Shown in pieces: positions 9,258 through 20,069 of a stretch of 64,000 nucleotides of DNA. The DNA comes from Alphaproteobacteria bacterium (GTDB lineage Bacteria > Pseudomonadota > Alphaproteobacteria > M2410): assembly GCA_965248915.1 (NCBI GenBank), contig OZ252216.1, positions 2,857,807 to 2,921,806 on the forward strand, read 5' to 3'. Below the pieces are notes generated by a model. It ran no database searches. It worked only from the letters and a program-made list of their open reading frames with translations, and was not told the DNA's origin. Within the stretch, counting starts at the first letter, position 1. Each line of letters begins with the position of its first letter. The position numbers and the translations under genes are program-made.

Positions 9258-11798
9258 TTAGGCCGAGCGAAGGACCGGGGCTGCTTTCGCGCCGAGAACC
9301 CGCCAAGTGCCAAGAAGACCCAAACCCACCGTCACCACCGTTGCGACGGCGATTGTGAGAAAGAGCCGCCCCGGCAAGAAGATCCATTGCGATCCCATCG
9401 CTTGCGTCACAACCAAGTAGGCCGAAAAAGTGCCGAGGATCGCAGCAATCGAAGCCGTCATCAGCCCCAATGCGGCAAACTCAAAGATGTAGACTTTGAT
9501 CACCCACCCCTTTGTCGCTCCCAACACTTTAAGGACTACCGCGTCGTAGATGCGTCGCCGATGTCCCGCCGCCAGCGCGCCCGCCAACACCAAGATGCCA
9601 GCAACAACCGTTACCAGGCTGGTAATACGCACCCCCAACGTAAGATCACTCAGTATGTCGTTGATGGCGCTCAAGGCTTCTTTAACGCGCACGATCGTGA
9701 CGCCTGGATACTCATCACCAACCCGGCGGTAAAGCTCTTCTTCTTGCGCAGGATCGACGCGCACATTGCCAACAAACGTATGCGGCGCCGCTTCTAAAGT
9801 GCCAGGCGCAAACACGAAAGCGTAATTGAAATCGGGCGCCTGCCAATCGAACACGCGCGTATTGGCAAGAGTTGCAGTTATCTCACGTCCCAAAACGGAG
9901 AACGTCAACGTGTCCCCAACACTAAGACCAAATCCGCGCGCCAACTCTTCTTCAATAGAAATCAATGGCGGTCCTAGGTAGTCGGAGTGCCACCAGGAAC
10001 CTTCAGCCAATTGCGACCCTTCAGGGATCACCGTCGCATAAGTCAAGCCGCGATCCCCATTCAGAGCCCACCGCGCTTCTGGGTCGACTTCCGCTTCTGT
10101 CACAGGCACTTCGTTTAGACGCAAAATGGGTCCGCGCAAGTTTGGTACCCGGTTGAAATCGCTAACCCCTTCGAGCTCTGCCATCAACCCATCAAAAGCC
10201 TCAATCTCTGCTTTTTGAATATCGATAAAGAAGAAGGCAGGTGCGTCCTCTGGAATCTGTGAGGTAATCTGGCGGCTCAAATTGCCGTCAATAAGCGCGA
10301 CTGTCACAACAAGAGTAAGCCCAAGCCCCATAGATAGCACCACGCTTGTCGTAGGCGCTCCCGGTCGGTGAAGGTTCGCAAGAGCCATGCGCCAACTGGC
10401 ACGTCGTGCCCGCGGAGCTTTTTTGACCACAAACAAAAAACAATAGGCCGCTCCCGCCAATAGAAGAAACGAAACAGCGACGCCCGCAAGAAAGAAGGCG
10501 GCAAAGGGCGCGTAGGGACTGAAGAAAATAGCACTCCCGACCATCACAAGAACCGCAACGGCAATGCCTGCAAGATATGGCCATCGTGGCCAGCCTCTCT
10601 CCTTACCAACAAGATCGCGAAAGAGATTAGCTGGGCTCAAGTCACGCGCCCGCGCCAAAGGCCACAAAGCAAATGCAATGGTGACCAACACACCAAACAA
10701 AGAGGCCTGCGCCATAGCGCTTGGGTAAAACCCAGGCTTGACCGGGATTGGCAAGATTCCGCCGAGCACCGCGGCCAATACCAGAGGTACCATGGCGCCC
10801 GCAATCAGACCTAAAGCGATCGCGACCAGCGCCATAGCCAAGACTTGTACCAAATAGATGGCAAAGATAGACGCACCATCCGCACCTAAACATTTAAATG
10901 TCGCAATCACTTCTTGTTTCCGGTCGAGATATGACTTCACCGCATTCCCGACGCCAACGCCGCCAACAATAAGAGCGGCAAGTCCGACCAAACTTAAGAA
11001 CATCGAAACGCGATTGATGAAGAACCGAACTCCGGGCGCGCTGTTGCGCCGGTCTTGTATGCGCCAGCCTGCACCGCCATAGGCTTCCTCCGCACCGTCA
11101 CGAAAGAGCTGCAACGTTTCATCATCCTGGGCGGTTTCAGGAAGTGCAAGACGGTAGCGATACCGGATCAAACTGCCCACTTGAACCAAGCCGGTTTCAC
11201 CCAAGGCTTCAGTTGAGACCATCACCCGCGGGCCATACCGAAAGCCCCCGGCAACGCGATCTGGTTCATCTTTGATGATCCCACGGATCGCAAATTCACT
11301 CGCACCAATCCGCAAACTGTCGCCGACATCAAGACCAAGTCGGCTCAGCAGTGTCTCTTCAACAAGCGCACCATATCGTCCCTCGCGTTGCACCAGTCGG
11401 TCTTGAAACGATGAGGCGCCATCATGTTTTACCGATCCGTAGAGTGGATAGTTCTGATCGACCCCTTTGAGCTCAATCAATCGACGGTCGTCCGACTTTG
11501 GCGCAAACCCCATGGTTTGAAAACTGATGACTTCCGAGAGTGAGCCCCATTCTTGCAGCCAGGCCCGTTCTTCCTTTGTTGCCGGGCGGTGAGTCAACCT
11601 GACATCGAGATCACCGCCAAGAAGCGCGCGCGACTCTGTTGCAAGGCCAGCAACGAAGGACGACGTCACAGTGCCCACCGAAGCAATGGCACTCACCCCG
11701 AGGAAGAGGCAAATGAGAAAGACCCGGAACCCAGAAAAGCCAGCGCGCAACTCACGCCGCGCTTGACGAAACACAAAACCCGTATCGAAACCGTTCAC
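9258..11798 (-). CDS. ybbP: ABC transporter permease, FtsX-like, YbbP family (846 aa, duplicated 4-TM FtsX modules)
   Basis: 846 aa with two FtsX-like permease repeats. Sits in the conserved tesA-ybbA-ybbP arrangement. Confidence 0.75.
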   Translation of the reverse strand: MNGFDTGFVFRQARRELRAGFSGFRVFLICLFLGVSAIASVGTVTSSFVAGLATESRALLGGDLDVRLTHRPATKEERAWLQEWGSLSEVISFQTMGFAPKSDDRRLIELKGVDQNYPLYGSVKHDGASSFQDRLVQREGRYGALVEETLLSRLGLDVGDSLRIGASEFAIRGIIKDEPDRVAGGFRYGPRVMVSTEALGETGLVQVGSLIRYRYRLALPETAQDDETLQLFRDGAEEAYGGAGWRIQDRRNSAPGVRFFINRVSMFLSLVGLAALIVGGVGVGNAVKSYLDRKQEVIATFKCLGADGASIFAIYLVQVLAMALVAIALGLIAGAMVPLVLAAVLGGILPIPVKPGFYPSAMAQASLFGVLVTIAFALWPLARARDLSPANLFRDLVGKERGWPRWPYLAGIAVAVLVMVGSAIFFSPYAPFAAFFLAGVAVSFLLLAGAAYCFLFVVKKAPRARRASWRMALANLHRPGAPTTSVVLSMGLGLTLVVTVALIDGNLSRQITSQIPEDAPAFFFIDIQKAEIEAFDGLMAELEGVSDFNRVPNLRGPILRLNEVPVTEAEVDPEARWALNGDRGLTYATVIPEGSQLAEGSWWHSDYLGPPLISIEEELARGFGLSVGDTLTFSVLGREITATLANTRVFDWQAPDFNYAFVFAPGTLEAAPHTFVGNVRVDPAQEEELYRRVGDEYPGVTIVRVKEALSAINDILSDLTLGVRITSLVTVVAGILVLAGALAAGHRRRIYDAVVLKVLGATKGWVIKVYIFEFAALGLMTASIAAILGTFSAYLVVTQAMGSQWIFLPGRLFLTIAVATVVTVGLGLLGTWRVLGAKAAPVLRSA

Positions 11799-12511
11799 GA
11801 GGCCACCGTCTCTTTGACGTGTGTGTTGGTTCTCTCATCACTGACGATTTGTCCGTCGCGCAAACGAATGATGCGGTCGCACCGCCCCGCCAATTCTTCA
11901 TCATGAGTTATGAGAAACAACGTCGTGTCGGAACGGTCATGCAAATCGAAAAGCAAATCAATAATCTGGTGCCCGGTGTTACCGTCGAGATTGCCGGTCG
12001 GTTCATCCGCCAAGATCACCTTAGGGCTTCCCGCCATTGCACGCGCCAGTGCGACACGCTGTTGTTCACCTCCTGACAACTGTCCCGGATAGTGCCCAGT
12101 GCGGTGATCAAGACCGACCGCCGCCAGCCGTTCTGCTGCAATGTCGAGAGCTCCTTCTTGCCGGGCCAGTTCAAGAGGCACGGCGACGTTCTCCAGGGCG
12201 GTCATGGTAGGAATGAGGTGGAAGGATTGAAAAACAATCCCGATCTGTTTTCGGCGAAAGACCGCCAAGCCATCTTCCGACAATCCGCCAATATCAATTC
12301 CCGAAATTTGGACCTGGCCTTCCGTTGGCTTTTCAAGGCCCGCAAGAACCATAAGGAGCGTTGATTTCCCCGATCCTGAAGGCCCGACCAGCCCAACGGT
12401 CTCCCCGTCGCTGACATTGAACGTGAGACCCCGTAAGATATGGACGGGGCCTGCGCTCGACGGCAAGGTCACATGAACATCGTCGAGTTGGATAAGCGGC
12501 GCTTCTGACAT
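11795..12511 (-). CDS. ybbA: ABC transporter ATP-binding protein (YbbA/LolD-like)
   Basis: Walker A GPSGSGKST, signature LSGGEQQRVALARA, Walker B ILADEPTGNLD. Confidence 0.85.
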   Translation of the reverse strand: MSEAPLIQLDDVHVTLPSSAGPVHILRGLTFNVSDGETVGLVGPSGSGKSTLLMVLAGLEKPTEGQVQISGIDIGGLSEDGLAVFRRKQIGIVFQSFHLIPTMTALENVAVPLELARQEGALDIAAERLAAVGLDHRTGHYPGQLSGGEQQRVALARAMAGSPKVILADEPTGNLDGNTGHQIIDLLFDLHDRSDTTLFLITHDEELAGRCDRIIRLRDGQIVSDERTNTHVKETVAS

Positions 12512-12561
12512 TATCTATCTTTCGAGGCTTGAGGACGAAACAGGTGTTGGTTAGGAACAAT

Positions 12562-13227
12562 ATGGGTGAGTTTGGCTCAATTTCGACAATTCTGGCAATC
12601 ATCGCCGGTGTTTTCTTCGGTACAAATGCGGCTGCTGCGGAAAATACTGACGCTGATGTGACAACCATCGTGCTCTTTGGCGACAGTATTGCGGCTGGAT
12701 ATGGCCTCCCCCCAGAAGATGGCCTAACGAGCAAACTCGAAGCAAGGCTCAAGGCCTCAAGTCCCCAGATCGTGATGAAAGCTGCTGGCGTCTCTGGCGA
12801 TACAACCGCAGGCGGTTTGGCAAGGCTCGATTGGTCGGTCGGGCCCGACACCGATGTCGTCATTCTCGTTCTTGGCGGCAATGATGCACTTCGCGCCATT
12901 CCGCCAAGCGAAACCGCCGCCAATCTCGACGCGCTGGTTTCCGGGCTTGTGGACAAAGGCGTTCAGGTCCTTCTGACCGGCATGCGAGCGCCACCCAACT
13001 TGGGCTCAGAATATGCAGAAGAGTTTGAACCCATTTTCGCCGCGGTCGCCAAGAAACATGGCGTCACGTTCTATCCCTTTATCTTGGAAGGTGTGGCAGC
13101 CGACCCCAACCTCAACCAAGCCGACGGCATTCACCCCAATGCGCAAGGGGTCGATGTCATTGTTGAAGGTCTCGCGCCGTTCATCCTTCAAATGATCGAG
13201 CAGGCAGACGCCATGGGCGCATCTTAG
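12562..13227 (+). CDS. tesA: Arylesterase / acyl-CoA thioesterase I (SGNH/GDSL hydrolase, TesA-like)
   Basis: GDSI block (LFGDSIAAG), GGND block, signal peptide. Divergent from ybbA as in the E. coli tesA-ybbA locus. Confidence 0.8.
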   Translation: MGEFGSISTILAIIAGVFFGTNAAAAENTDADVTTIVLFGDSIAAGYGLPPEDGLTSKLEARLKASSPQIVMKAAGVSGDTTAGGLARLDWSVGPDTDVVILVLGGNDALRAIPPSETAANLDALVSGLVDKGVQVLLTGMRAPPNLGSEYAEEFEPIFAAVAKKHGVTFYPFILEGVAADPNLNQADGIHPNAQGVDVIVEGLAPFILQMIEQADAMGAS

Positions 13228-13236
13228 CGAGGCGTC

Positions 13237-13791
13237 ATGTCAATACGGCTCTTTGTAGGATTGGAAATTCCCCCCCAAGCGAGAGTACGATTGGCCACTC
13301 TTCAAAACGGTATTCCAGATGTACGTTGGGTTCCGCCAGACAACTTGCACCTCACCTTGCGGTTCATTGGTGACATAGAAGAACCCCGGCTTCAGGATCT
13401 CACTGACAATTTGAGCCGGATCGATATAGAGAGTTTTGAACTCACTCTTGCGGGGTTTAGCACATTCGGCCGCGGCAAACCGCGCGCGCTCTGGGTGGGC
13501 GCAGAACCCAATCCGCGTCTCCTGCAGCTTCAAGAGAAGATTGAACGCGCCATTCAAGCCGCAGGCCTACCGCCCGAACAGCGCAAATTCACACCGCACG
13601 TCACATTGGCCCGCTTCAAGCAGACAAAGCCTTCGAAGATTGTTCCCTATCTAGAGGTCAATGGAGCAATCATACTCCCCTCGCTCGAGATCCAACATTT
13701 CACATTGTTTTCAAGTCAACTGAGTCACAGAGGAAGCACCTACCGCATCGAACATCAATTCGATCTGCGACGGGGACACCTGCTCACCTAG
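13237..13791 (+). CDS. thpR: RNA 2',3'-cyclic phosphodiesterase (2H phosphoesterase, ThpR/LigT)
   Basis: Two H-x-T-x motifs (HLTLRF and HVTLARF). Confidence 0.85.
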   Translation: MSIRLFVGLEIPPQARVRLATLQNGIPDVRWVPPDNLHLTLRFIGDIEEPRLQDLTDNLSRIDIESFELTLAGFSTFGRGKPRALWVGAEPNPRLLQLQEKIERAIQAAGLPPEQRKFTPHVTLARFKQTKPSKIVPYLEVNGAIILPSLEIQHFTLFSSQLSHRGSTYRIEHQFDLRRGHLLT

Positions 13792-14266
13792 TATGTGTGG
13801 CGCGCAAATATTCAAGAAAGGCCCGCGAGCCATCCTCAATGAGATCCATCGCTTTTTCGAAACCTTTGCGCCGACCGCTGTAAGGATCAGGCACATCGAC
13901 AGCTTTGTCCCCTTGCGCAAAGCGCATAAACAAATGAACCTTCTCCTGCACTTCATCAGATTGCCCAGCTCGTAGGGTCTCTTCTACAGAGCGATCCATC
14001 GCGATCAAATAATCGAAGCCATTGAAATCTTGCCAGTGCAAGGGTCGGCTCACGCAGGTTGATAAATCATACCCTCTTTTTTTCGCAATGGTCAAAGCGC
14101 GTCTTTCCGCAGGTTCACCTTCGTGCCAACCAGAAGTTCCAGCAGAATCGATCTCAATAAGGTTGCCCAATCCAGATTCGTCCACCAATTGCTGGAACAC
14201 GCCCTCCGCCATCGGCGACCGACAGATGTTGCCTAGGCACACAAATAAAACACGGACTTGGCTCAT
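13784..14266 (-). CDS. Low-molecular-weight protein-tyrosine phosphatase
   Basis: CLGNICRSPMAEG P-loop signature (C-X5-R). Confidence 0.85.
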   Translation of the reverse strand: MSQVRVLFVCLGNICRSPMAEGVFQQLVDESGLGNLIEIDSAGTSGWHEGEPAERRALTIAKKRGYDLSTCVSRPLHWQDFNGFDYLIAMDRSVEETLRAGQSDEVQEKVHLFMRFAQGDKAVDVPDPYSGRRKGFEKAMDLIEDGSRAFLEYLRATHTR

Positions 14267-14431
14267 TTCGTAAACTCTTGTGTCATTCTCACCACGGCCC
14301 CATATCCAACAGGACCTGAAGGGCGTTGGCAAGCCGCCAATAACCCTTAAAAGTGCATCACGTTCCCTTTTGTTGAGCTAGTTGAGGGGACAGGCTAATA
14401 TATCGACCGCAGAACAAAGAAGGATCTACTT

Positions 14432-15157
14432 ATGAACAAGGACGTTTTGTTGGAGTGGGGCAAAACCATCGCCATCGTCGTTGGACTGGTTTTTGCCATT
14501 CAAACCATCGCCTTTGCGTCTTTCCACATTCCGTCTGAAAGCATGGCGCCTACATTGACAGTTGGTGATCGTGTTGTGGTGACGAAATTTTCTTATGGCT
14601 ATTCACGCCACTCTGTTCCTTTCAGCTTGGCCCCATCGCTCCCAACCAAGAGCGGACGCATCATCGGCCAAATACCTAGTCGCGGCGACATTGTTGTCTT
14701 TAGACACACCCGCGACGACATCACCATGATCAAACGTGTGATTGGGTTGCCTGGAGATCGCGTGCAGGTAAAACAGGGTCAACTTCATCTCAATGGAGAA
14801 TTGGTCGAACGAGAAAAATCCCGCGAGTACACATACACGACTCGAAACGGTCAATCCTACCAAGTCCGCGAGTACATTGAACAACTACCAGATGGGCCGG
14901 CCCACACGATCATCGAAATTGCGCCAGATAGCCTTATGGACAATACGAGAGAGTATACGGTCCCCGAAGGGCATCTGTTTATGATGGGAGACAATCGAGA
15001 CATGTCGAGCGACAGTCGGTTCCTCAACAAACTCGGCTTCGTGCCATTCGAAAACCTCATGGGCCGAGCTCAAGTGATCTCATATTCCTTGCACAATTGC
15101 GCCAAGAAGAACCCCGATATCTGCAATTCGAGCAGAATTCTGAAACGGCTGAAGTAG
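14432..15157 (+). CDS. lepB: Signal peptidase I (copy 1)
   Basis: N-terminal TM, catalytic SESMAPTL (Ser box), IKRVIGLPGD (Lys box), GDNRDMSSDSR box. Confidence 0.9.
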   Translation: MNKDVLLEWGKTIAIVVGLVFAIQTIAFASFHIPSESMAPTLTVGDRVVVTKFSYGYSRHSVPFSLAPSLPTKSGRIIGQIPSRGDIVVFRHTRDDITMIKRVIGLPGDRVQVKQGQLHLNGELVEREKSREYTYTTRNGQSYQVREYIEQLPDGPAHTIIEIAPDSLMDNTREYTVPEGHLFMMGDNRDMSSDSRFLNKLGFVPFENLMGRAQVISYSLHNCAKKNPDICNSSRILKRLK

Positions 15158-15179
15158 GCAAGGTAACAACCGGAAGATC

Positions 15180-15932
15180 ATGTCAAGAAACTCCACAAAC
15201 AAAAATAGGTGGCACAAGAAGCCAAGAGAGTGGATTGCAAGGATATTGTTCGTTGTTGCCTTCACGGTGGCTATCAGTTTTTATGCAAGCAAGACATACA
15301 CGGTCACCGCGGATAGCATGACTCCGGCACTTGTCGCCGGCGATCGTGTCATTGTGAGCAAATTCACGTATGGAATTTCACGCTATTCGTTTCCCTTCGG
15401 AATACTCCCCTCTTTCCCGACCAAATCAGGGCGCCTATTTGGGAGTGAGCCCAAGCGGGGACACATTGTTGTATTTCACCACACCAAAGAACAAATTGTA
15501 ATGATCAAACGGGTGGTTGGCTTGTCTGGTGACCGAGTTCAGGTCAAAGGGGGGCAACTTCACCTCAACGGCAAGCCTGTCGAAAGGGAAAAGTCCCGAG
15601 AGTACGAATACGCGGCTCGCATCGGGCAATCGTATCAAGCCCAGGAATACATTGAGCGCCTGCCAGGCGGATCAGCGTATGCTATTATTGAAATCACAAA
15701 CGATGGGCCATTGGACGACACGGATGAGTTCACGGTCCCAGATGGACACTTGTTTATGATGGGGGACCACAGAGATATTTCGAGCGACAGTCGACTCATC
15801 GATCGTCTCGGCTTTGTACCTCTTGAAAACCTGATGGGGCGAGTGCGTTTTATCTCCTTTTCGAAGGGAGATTGCGATGAAAGGAATCCCGATATCTGCA
15901 ACTCAAGCAGAATACTAAAGAGACTGCATTAG
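15180..15932 (+). CDS. lepB: Signal peptidase I (copy 2, tandem paralog)
   Basis: Same boxes ([29 protein letters not shown]). About 60% identical to copy 1, including an identical C-terminus [14 protein letters not shown]. Confidence 0.9.
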   Translation: MSRNSTNKNRWHKKPREWIARILFVVAFTVAISFYASKTYTVTADSMTPALVAGDRVIVSKFTYGISRYSFPFGILPSFPTKSGRLFGSEPKRGHIVVFHHTKEQIVMIKRVVGLSGDRVQVKGGQLHLNGKPVEREKSREYEYAARIGQSYQAQEYIERLPGGSAYAIIEITNDGPLDDTDEFTVPDGHLFMMGDHRDISSDSRLIDRLGFVPLENLMGRVRFISFSKGDCDERNPDICNSSRILKRLH

Positions 15933-15948
15933 GGAATACGCAATACAC

Positions 15949-16239
15949 ATGGTCAAAAAACTCAAATCAGAAGATCGCGCAAAAGAGGTTGGTAACCTCT
16001 CCGGCTGGCAGGATGTCGAGGGGCGAGATGCCATCCAGAAAACGTTCACCTTTGAAGATTTTAATGAGGCCTTCGCTTTTATGACGCGCATCGCCTTGCT
16101 CGCAGACAAAGTTGACCATCACCCAGAATGGTTCAATGTCTACAATCGCGTTGAAATTTTACTATCAACTCATGACGCGGGCGGCGTCAGTGAACGTGAC
16201 ATCAAAATGGCACAATTCATCGAAAAAATCGCCACATAG
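15949..16239 (+). CDS. phhB: 4a-hydroxytetrahydrobiopterin dehydratase (pterin-4a-carbinolamine dehydratase)
   Basis: 96 aa; motifs [26 protein letters not shown]...STHDAGGV match the PCD/DCoH family. Confidence 0.85.
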   Translation: MVKKLKSEDRAKEVGNLSGWQDVEGRDAIQKTFTFEDFNEAFAFMTRIALLADKVDHHPEWFNVYNRVEILLSTHDAGGVSERDIKMAQFIEKIAT

Positions 16240-16295
16240 TCCGGCGAAAGAAGGGCTGGTCAAAGATCAGCAGGGGAAATTGGGGAAGATTTGAT

Positions 16296-16691
16296 ATGGG
16301 GTCGCAAGGGTTTACAAATTTCTTGATGCGCTATTTGCTGACGCTTGTGCTCGTCTTTGGCGCCTACAACATCCGTGAACAATCGTTCTATCACCTCATC
16401 GATGGAACCATCGCGCTGCCGTTGTCCGTCAAAGTGTTTGCTGGTCTCATACTCTCGATACTGTTGTTCTTCTGCATTCGCGCCACCGTGCTCGCCATCG
16501 GCCTCGTCGGCATGGTTGTGGCAACGACAGTGATTGGCGTTCTAATCTGGGTCCTGACAGACTACGAACTCATGACAATCTCAGGCGAAGATTACGTCAT
16601 CTATATTGGGCAAATTGTTCTTGCGACCGTTGTCGCCCTCGGCATGTCTTGGGGTGATATCCGGGGACATCTGGCCGCTCGTATCAGATAG
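16296..16691 (+). CDS. Hypothetical small membrane protein (4 TM)
   Basis: ORF with hydrophobic helices; no recognisable motif. Confidence 0.35.
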   Translation: MGSQGFTNFLMRYLLTLVLVFGAYNIREQSFYHLIDGTIALPLSVKVFAGLILSILLFFCIRATVLAIGLVGMVVATTVIGVLIWVLTDYELMTISGEDYVIYIGQIVLATVVALGMSWGDIRGHLAARIR

Positions 16692-16741
16692 AAAAAAGGC
16701 CCGCCTAAATCGGCAGACCTCTCATCCATAGTTCAAAAATC

Positions 16742-17509
16742 TTACCGCGGCGCCATTCGGATCGCACCATCAACACGGATGGTTTCGCCGTTCATCATGC
16801 CATTCTCACAGAGCTGACGCGCCATTTGCGCAAATTCATGTGGGTGGCCAAGACGAGACGGGAAAGGCACTTGTGAGCCGAGCGCATCACGCACTTCTTG
16901 CGGTGCAGCGGCAAACAACGGTGTGTTAAAGAGCCCAGGCGCAATGGTGTTGACACGAATGCCGTTGCGCGACAGGTCCCTGGCAATCGGCAGTGTCATG
17001 CCCACAATGCCGCCTTTGGAAGCAGAATAGGCTGCTTGTCCGATTTGACCGTCAAAAGCAGCAACCGATGCGGTGTTCACAATGGCGCCTCGCTCACCGT
17101 CTTTCGTCAAAGGTTCTGCTGTACTCATGCCAAGCGCGGCTTTGGCGATACAGGTAAATGTGCCGATCAAATTGACGTCCAAGACCTTTTTGTAGAGCCC
17201 AAGTGGGTGTGCGCCATCTTTGCCGACGGTTTTGACGGCAATGCCAATGCCCGCGCAATTGATAAGTATGCGCTCTTGCCCTTGAGCCGCGCGCGCCTTT
17301 TCAAATCCTTGATCCACACTTGCCTCGTCAGACACATCAACCTGACAAAAAACGCCCCCGAGTTCACTTGCCAGAGCCTCACCTTTTTCTTCATTGAGGT
17401 CGAACAAAGCGACTTTGACACCTTGGGAAGCAAGTTCCCGCGCTGTGGCTTCTCCGAGCCCGGATGCGCCGCCTGTAATGACAGCTGCAATATTGTTATT
17501 CAATTCCAT
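16742..17509 (-). CDS. SDR family oxidoreductase (3-hydroxyacyl-CoA dehydrogenase type-2-like)
   Basis: [16 protein letters not shown] Rossmann motif; YSASKGG catalytic motif. Confidence 0.85.
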   Translation of the reverse strand: MELNNNIAAVITGGASGLGEATARELASQGVKVALFDLNEEKGEALASELGGVFCQVDVSDEASVDQGFEKARAAQGQERILINCAGIGIAVKTVGKDGAHPLGLYKKVLDVNLIGTFTCIAKAALGMSTAEPLTKDGERGAIVNTASVAAFDGQIGQAAYSASKGGIVGMTLPIARDLSRNGIRVNTIAPGLFNTPLFAAAPQEVRDALGSQVPFPSRLGHPHEFAQMARQLCENGMMNGETIRVDGAIRMAPR

Positions 17510-17642
17510 GGATTTCCCTTCCCTCGATCGGTCGCAAGTAGAGGATTGACCTTGAATTTCGCGCGACCGGCTCTGTTCTTAGCAAGCCAGGCGCCCGCCT
17601 GCAATCACTTGGCATTAGGCGATTAGTCCCCATATTGGATAG

Positions 17643-17975
17643 ATGGAAGAGAACAGGACATTTGAGGAAGACGAGAAGGTCGTTACCTCTGGCTTTTGGC
17701 CCAAAGTGCGCAAGATTGCAGGCCAAGTCCCCTTCATGGATGATCTCACCGCGGCTTACTTCTGCGCACTTGACCCCAAGACGCCGACTAAAGTCAGAGG
17801 GGTTCTGATGGCGGCCCTTGCCTATTTTGTCTTCCCCACCGACATGATCCCGGACGTCTTGTTAGGCGTTGGGTTTACCGATGACGCGACGGTCTTGGCC
17901 ACGGCCATTGGCATTGTCAGCGGTCACATCAAACCTCCTCATCGTGAGGCGGCTGCGGCGCTCTTGATGCGGTAG
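17643..17975 (+). CDS. YkvA/DUF1232 family membrane protein
   Basis: YFVFPTDMIPDVLLGVGFTDDATVLATAI matches the DUF1232 signature. Confidence 0.65.
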   Translation: MEENRTFEEDEKVVTSGFWPKVRKIAGQVPFMDDLTAAYFCALDPKTPTKVRGVLMAALAYFVFPTDMIPDVLLGVGFTDDATVLATAIGIVSGHIKPPHREAAAALLMR

Positions 17976-18969
17976 TGTCCTTCTCCGCCGAAGCACTCTG
18001 CGGAGGGCTATAATCGCGGCTCGCACCAAAAGGAGGATCCAACCCGACGATCTTTGTTCCCCGCTCAAGTCCTGCTTCGCGCAAAGTGATGTAGAGCGTG
18101 GAGGCAACAATAAGCCCAGCTCCAATCCAAACCGCCAAGTCGGGAACATTGCCAAAGATCGCAAATCCAACAATTGTTGAGAAGATCAAACGCGTGTAGT
18201 CGACCGGCGCAAGCGCACTCACTTCACCAATCGAGTAGGCGCGAATGAAACACGTATGCGCCAAAACACCGAACCCTCCCATCAAAAACAACATCAAAAG
18301 GTCGGACAGGCTCAAAGCCTGCCAAACCATGGCCGCAGGAATTGCTGTCGCGGTGATGCCAATCAAGTTTGAGTAGAAAAGAAGTGTCGTCGGCGGGTCG
18401 GTTCGCGACAGGAGTTTCACACAAATCACAGCCACGGCCACAGCAACCGCACTTGCCGCCGCAACCAAAGCAGCAGGGTCCATGGAACTATTGGGCCGTA
18501 ATATGATGAGCACACCGGCAAACCCCACTAAAGCCGCAAAGATACGCCTCGGACCAACCACTTCATTTGCCACGATGATAGCCAGTGGTACGAGAAAGAT
18601 GGCGCGCGAAAAACTAATGGCGCTCGCCGTTGCGAGTGGGAGATGAACAAACGCATAGAACCCACACATCATACCGGTTGAACCGGCAATCCCTCGCGTG
18701 AGATGAAGGACCGGGTGTTTGGTTTTAAATGCTTTGCGCCCCTCAGCGTGACGCAGCATGAACGGCACAACGAAAACCATGCCGGTGAAGGCGCGGAAAA
18801 ATGCAATCTGGAATGAATTGAGGTTTTCACCGAGCAATTTAACCAAAGTCGACATAGCCGTGAACATCAACGCCGAACCCAGCATCCAAAACACACTGCG
18901 TAGACTAGCCGGCCAGCCCGTCCATCGACGGACGAGCGGGTCGCCGATCTGACGCAGCCAGCTCAACAC
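17929..18969 (-). CDS. DMT superfamily (EamA-like) transporter
   Basis: About 10 TM helices in two EamA-like halves; start uncertain. Confidence 0.65.
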   Translation of the reverse strand: MLSWLRQIGDPLVRRWTGWPASLRSVFWMLGSALMFTAMSTLVKLLGENLNSFQIAFFRAFTGMVFVVPFMLRHAEGRKAFKTKHPVLHLTRGIAGSTGMMCGFYAFVHLPLATASAISFSRAIFLVPLAIIVANEVVGPRRIFAALVGFAGVLIILRPNSSMDPAALVAAASAVAVAVAVICVKLLSRTDPPTTLLFYSNLIGITATAIPAAMVWQALSLSDLLMLFLMGGFGVLAHTCFIRAYSIGEVSALAPVDYTRLIFSTIVGFAIFGNVPDLAVWIGAGLIVASTLYITLREAGLERGTKIVGLDPPFGASRDYSPPQSASAEKDTTASRAPQPPHDEEV

Positions 18970-18996
18970 ACATTGTTCCTTTTTGATTAGATCGCG

Positions 18997-19995
18997 TTAC
19001 GGGGTAAGAACGACCTTGCCGAGTACCTTTCGGCCCGCCATGTCCTGCAGCGCCTGCACCGCTTGGTCCAAAGGATAATGAGCAGAAATGCGCGGCTTGA
19101 TTTTGCCGTCGCGGTACAAACTCATCAGCTCTTTGACGTTTTCTCGGTGCAGCGCATTCTCAACGCCGGTGAACATGCCCCAAAAAACGCCGACGATCTG
19201 ACACCCCTTGAGAAGCGCCAAATTCAGCGGGATTTTTGGGATTTGTCCTGCCGCAAAGCCGACCACGAGATATCGGCCCTTCCAGGCAATGGCCCGCAAT
19301 GCGGGCTCCGCATAGTCATCACCGACGGGGTCGTAGATGACATCTGCGCCCTTGCCGCCCGTCAATTCCTTGATCTGGTTCGACATCGCCTTTTGCTGAT
19401 CACGGTCAAGCGGGCCTCTTGGATAGACAAACCCCTGGTCCGCTCCGTATTTCAAGCAATAGTCGACCTTTTCCTGGCTGGAGGCGGCTGCAATCACATG
19501 TGCACCCATGGCTTTACCCAGCTCCACAGCAGCAAGACCAACACCGCCGGATGCCCCAAGCACAAGAAGGGTTTCGCCCGGTTGGATTTCGGCACGCTGT
19601 TTGAGGGCGTGATGGGATGTTCCGTAGACCAACATGAGCGCTGAGGCTTCATCGAACGGCATTTCTTCTGGAATAACAGTTGCATTGGTCGCGGGGACCA
19701 CACACTCTTCTGCAAAGCCACCGAACCCACTCGAGCCAATCACCCGGTCACCCACTTTGAGATCTGTAACACCCTCACCCACAGACTTGATAACACCAGA
19801 AACTTCGCTGCCAGGAGAGAACGGCGGCTCGGGTTTGAATTGATAAAGATTTTGAACAATCAGCACATCGGGAAAGTTCACACTGGCCGCTTTGACATCA
19901 ATGACCACGTGTTCCGGACCGGCACTAAGGTTGTCGATTTCCTCAACAACCAAGTTTTCGATGGGACCATATTCTTTGCAGACGACAGCCTTCAT
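18997..19995 (-). CDS. qor: NADPH:quinone oxidoreductase / zinc-independent MDR family alcohol dehydrogenase
   Basis: GASGGVGLAAVELGKAMGAHVIA nucleotide-binding motif; 332 aa MDR fold. Confidence 0.8.
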   Translation of the reverse strand: MKAVVCKEYGPIENLVVEEIDNLSAGPEHVVIDVKAASVNFPDVLIVQNLYQFKPEPPFSPGSEVSGVIKSVGEGVTDLKVGDRVIGSSGFGGFAEECVVPATNATVIPEEMPFDEASALMLVYGTSHHALKQRAEIQPGETLLVLGASGGVGLAAVELGKAMGAHVIAAASSQEKVDYCLKYGADQGFVYPRGPLDRDQQKAMSNQIKELTGGKGADVIYDPVGDDYAEPALRAIAWKGRYLVVGFAAGQIPKIPLNLALLKGCQIVGVFWGMFTGVENALHRENVKELMSLYRDGKIKPRISAHYPLDQAVQALQDMAGRKVLGKVVLTP

Positions 19996-20069
19996 GGCTC
20001 ATTTCTCCCTAAGCTTTTTGCTTTTGTTTTTGTTGCTTGGACCTGTCCTACGCGGGGGCTTGGGAGGGG

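Noticed and set aside
16898-17626. 242-aa plus-strand ORF
   Set aside because: It lies antisense within the SDR gene 16742..17509, which has a canonical TGGASGLG motif. Its composition is Cys/Arg-rich and non-protein-like.
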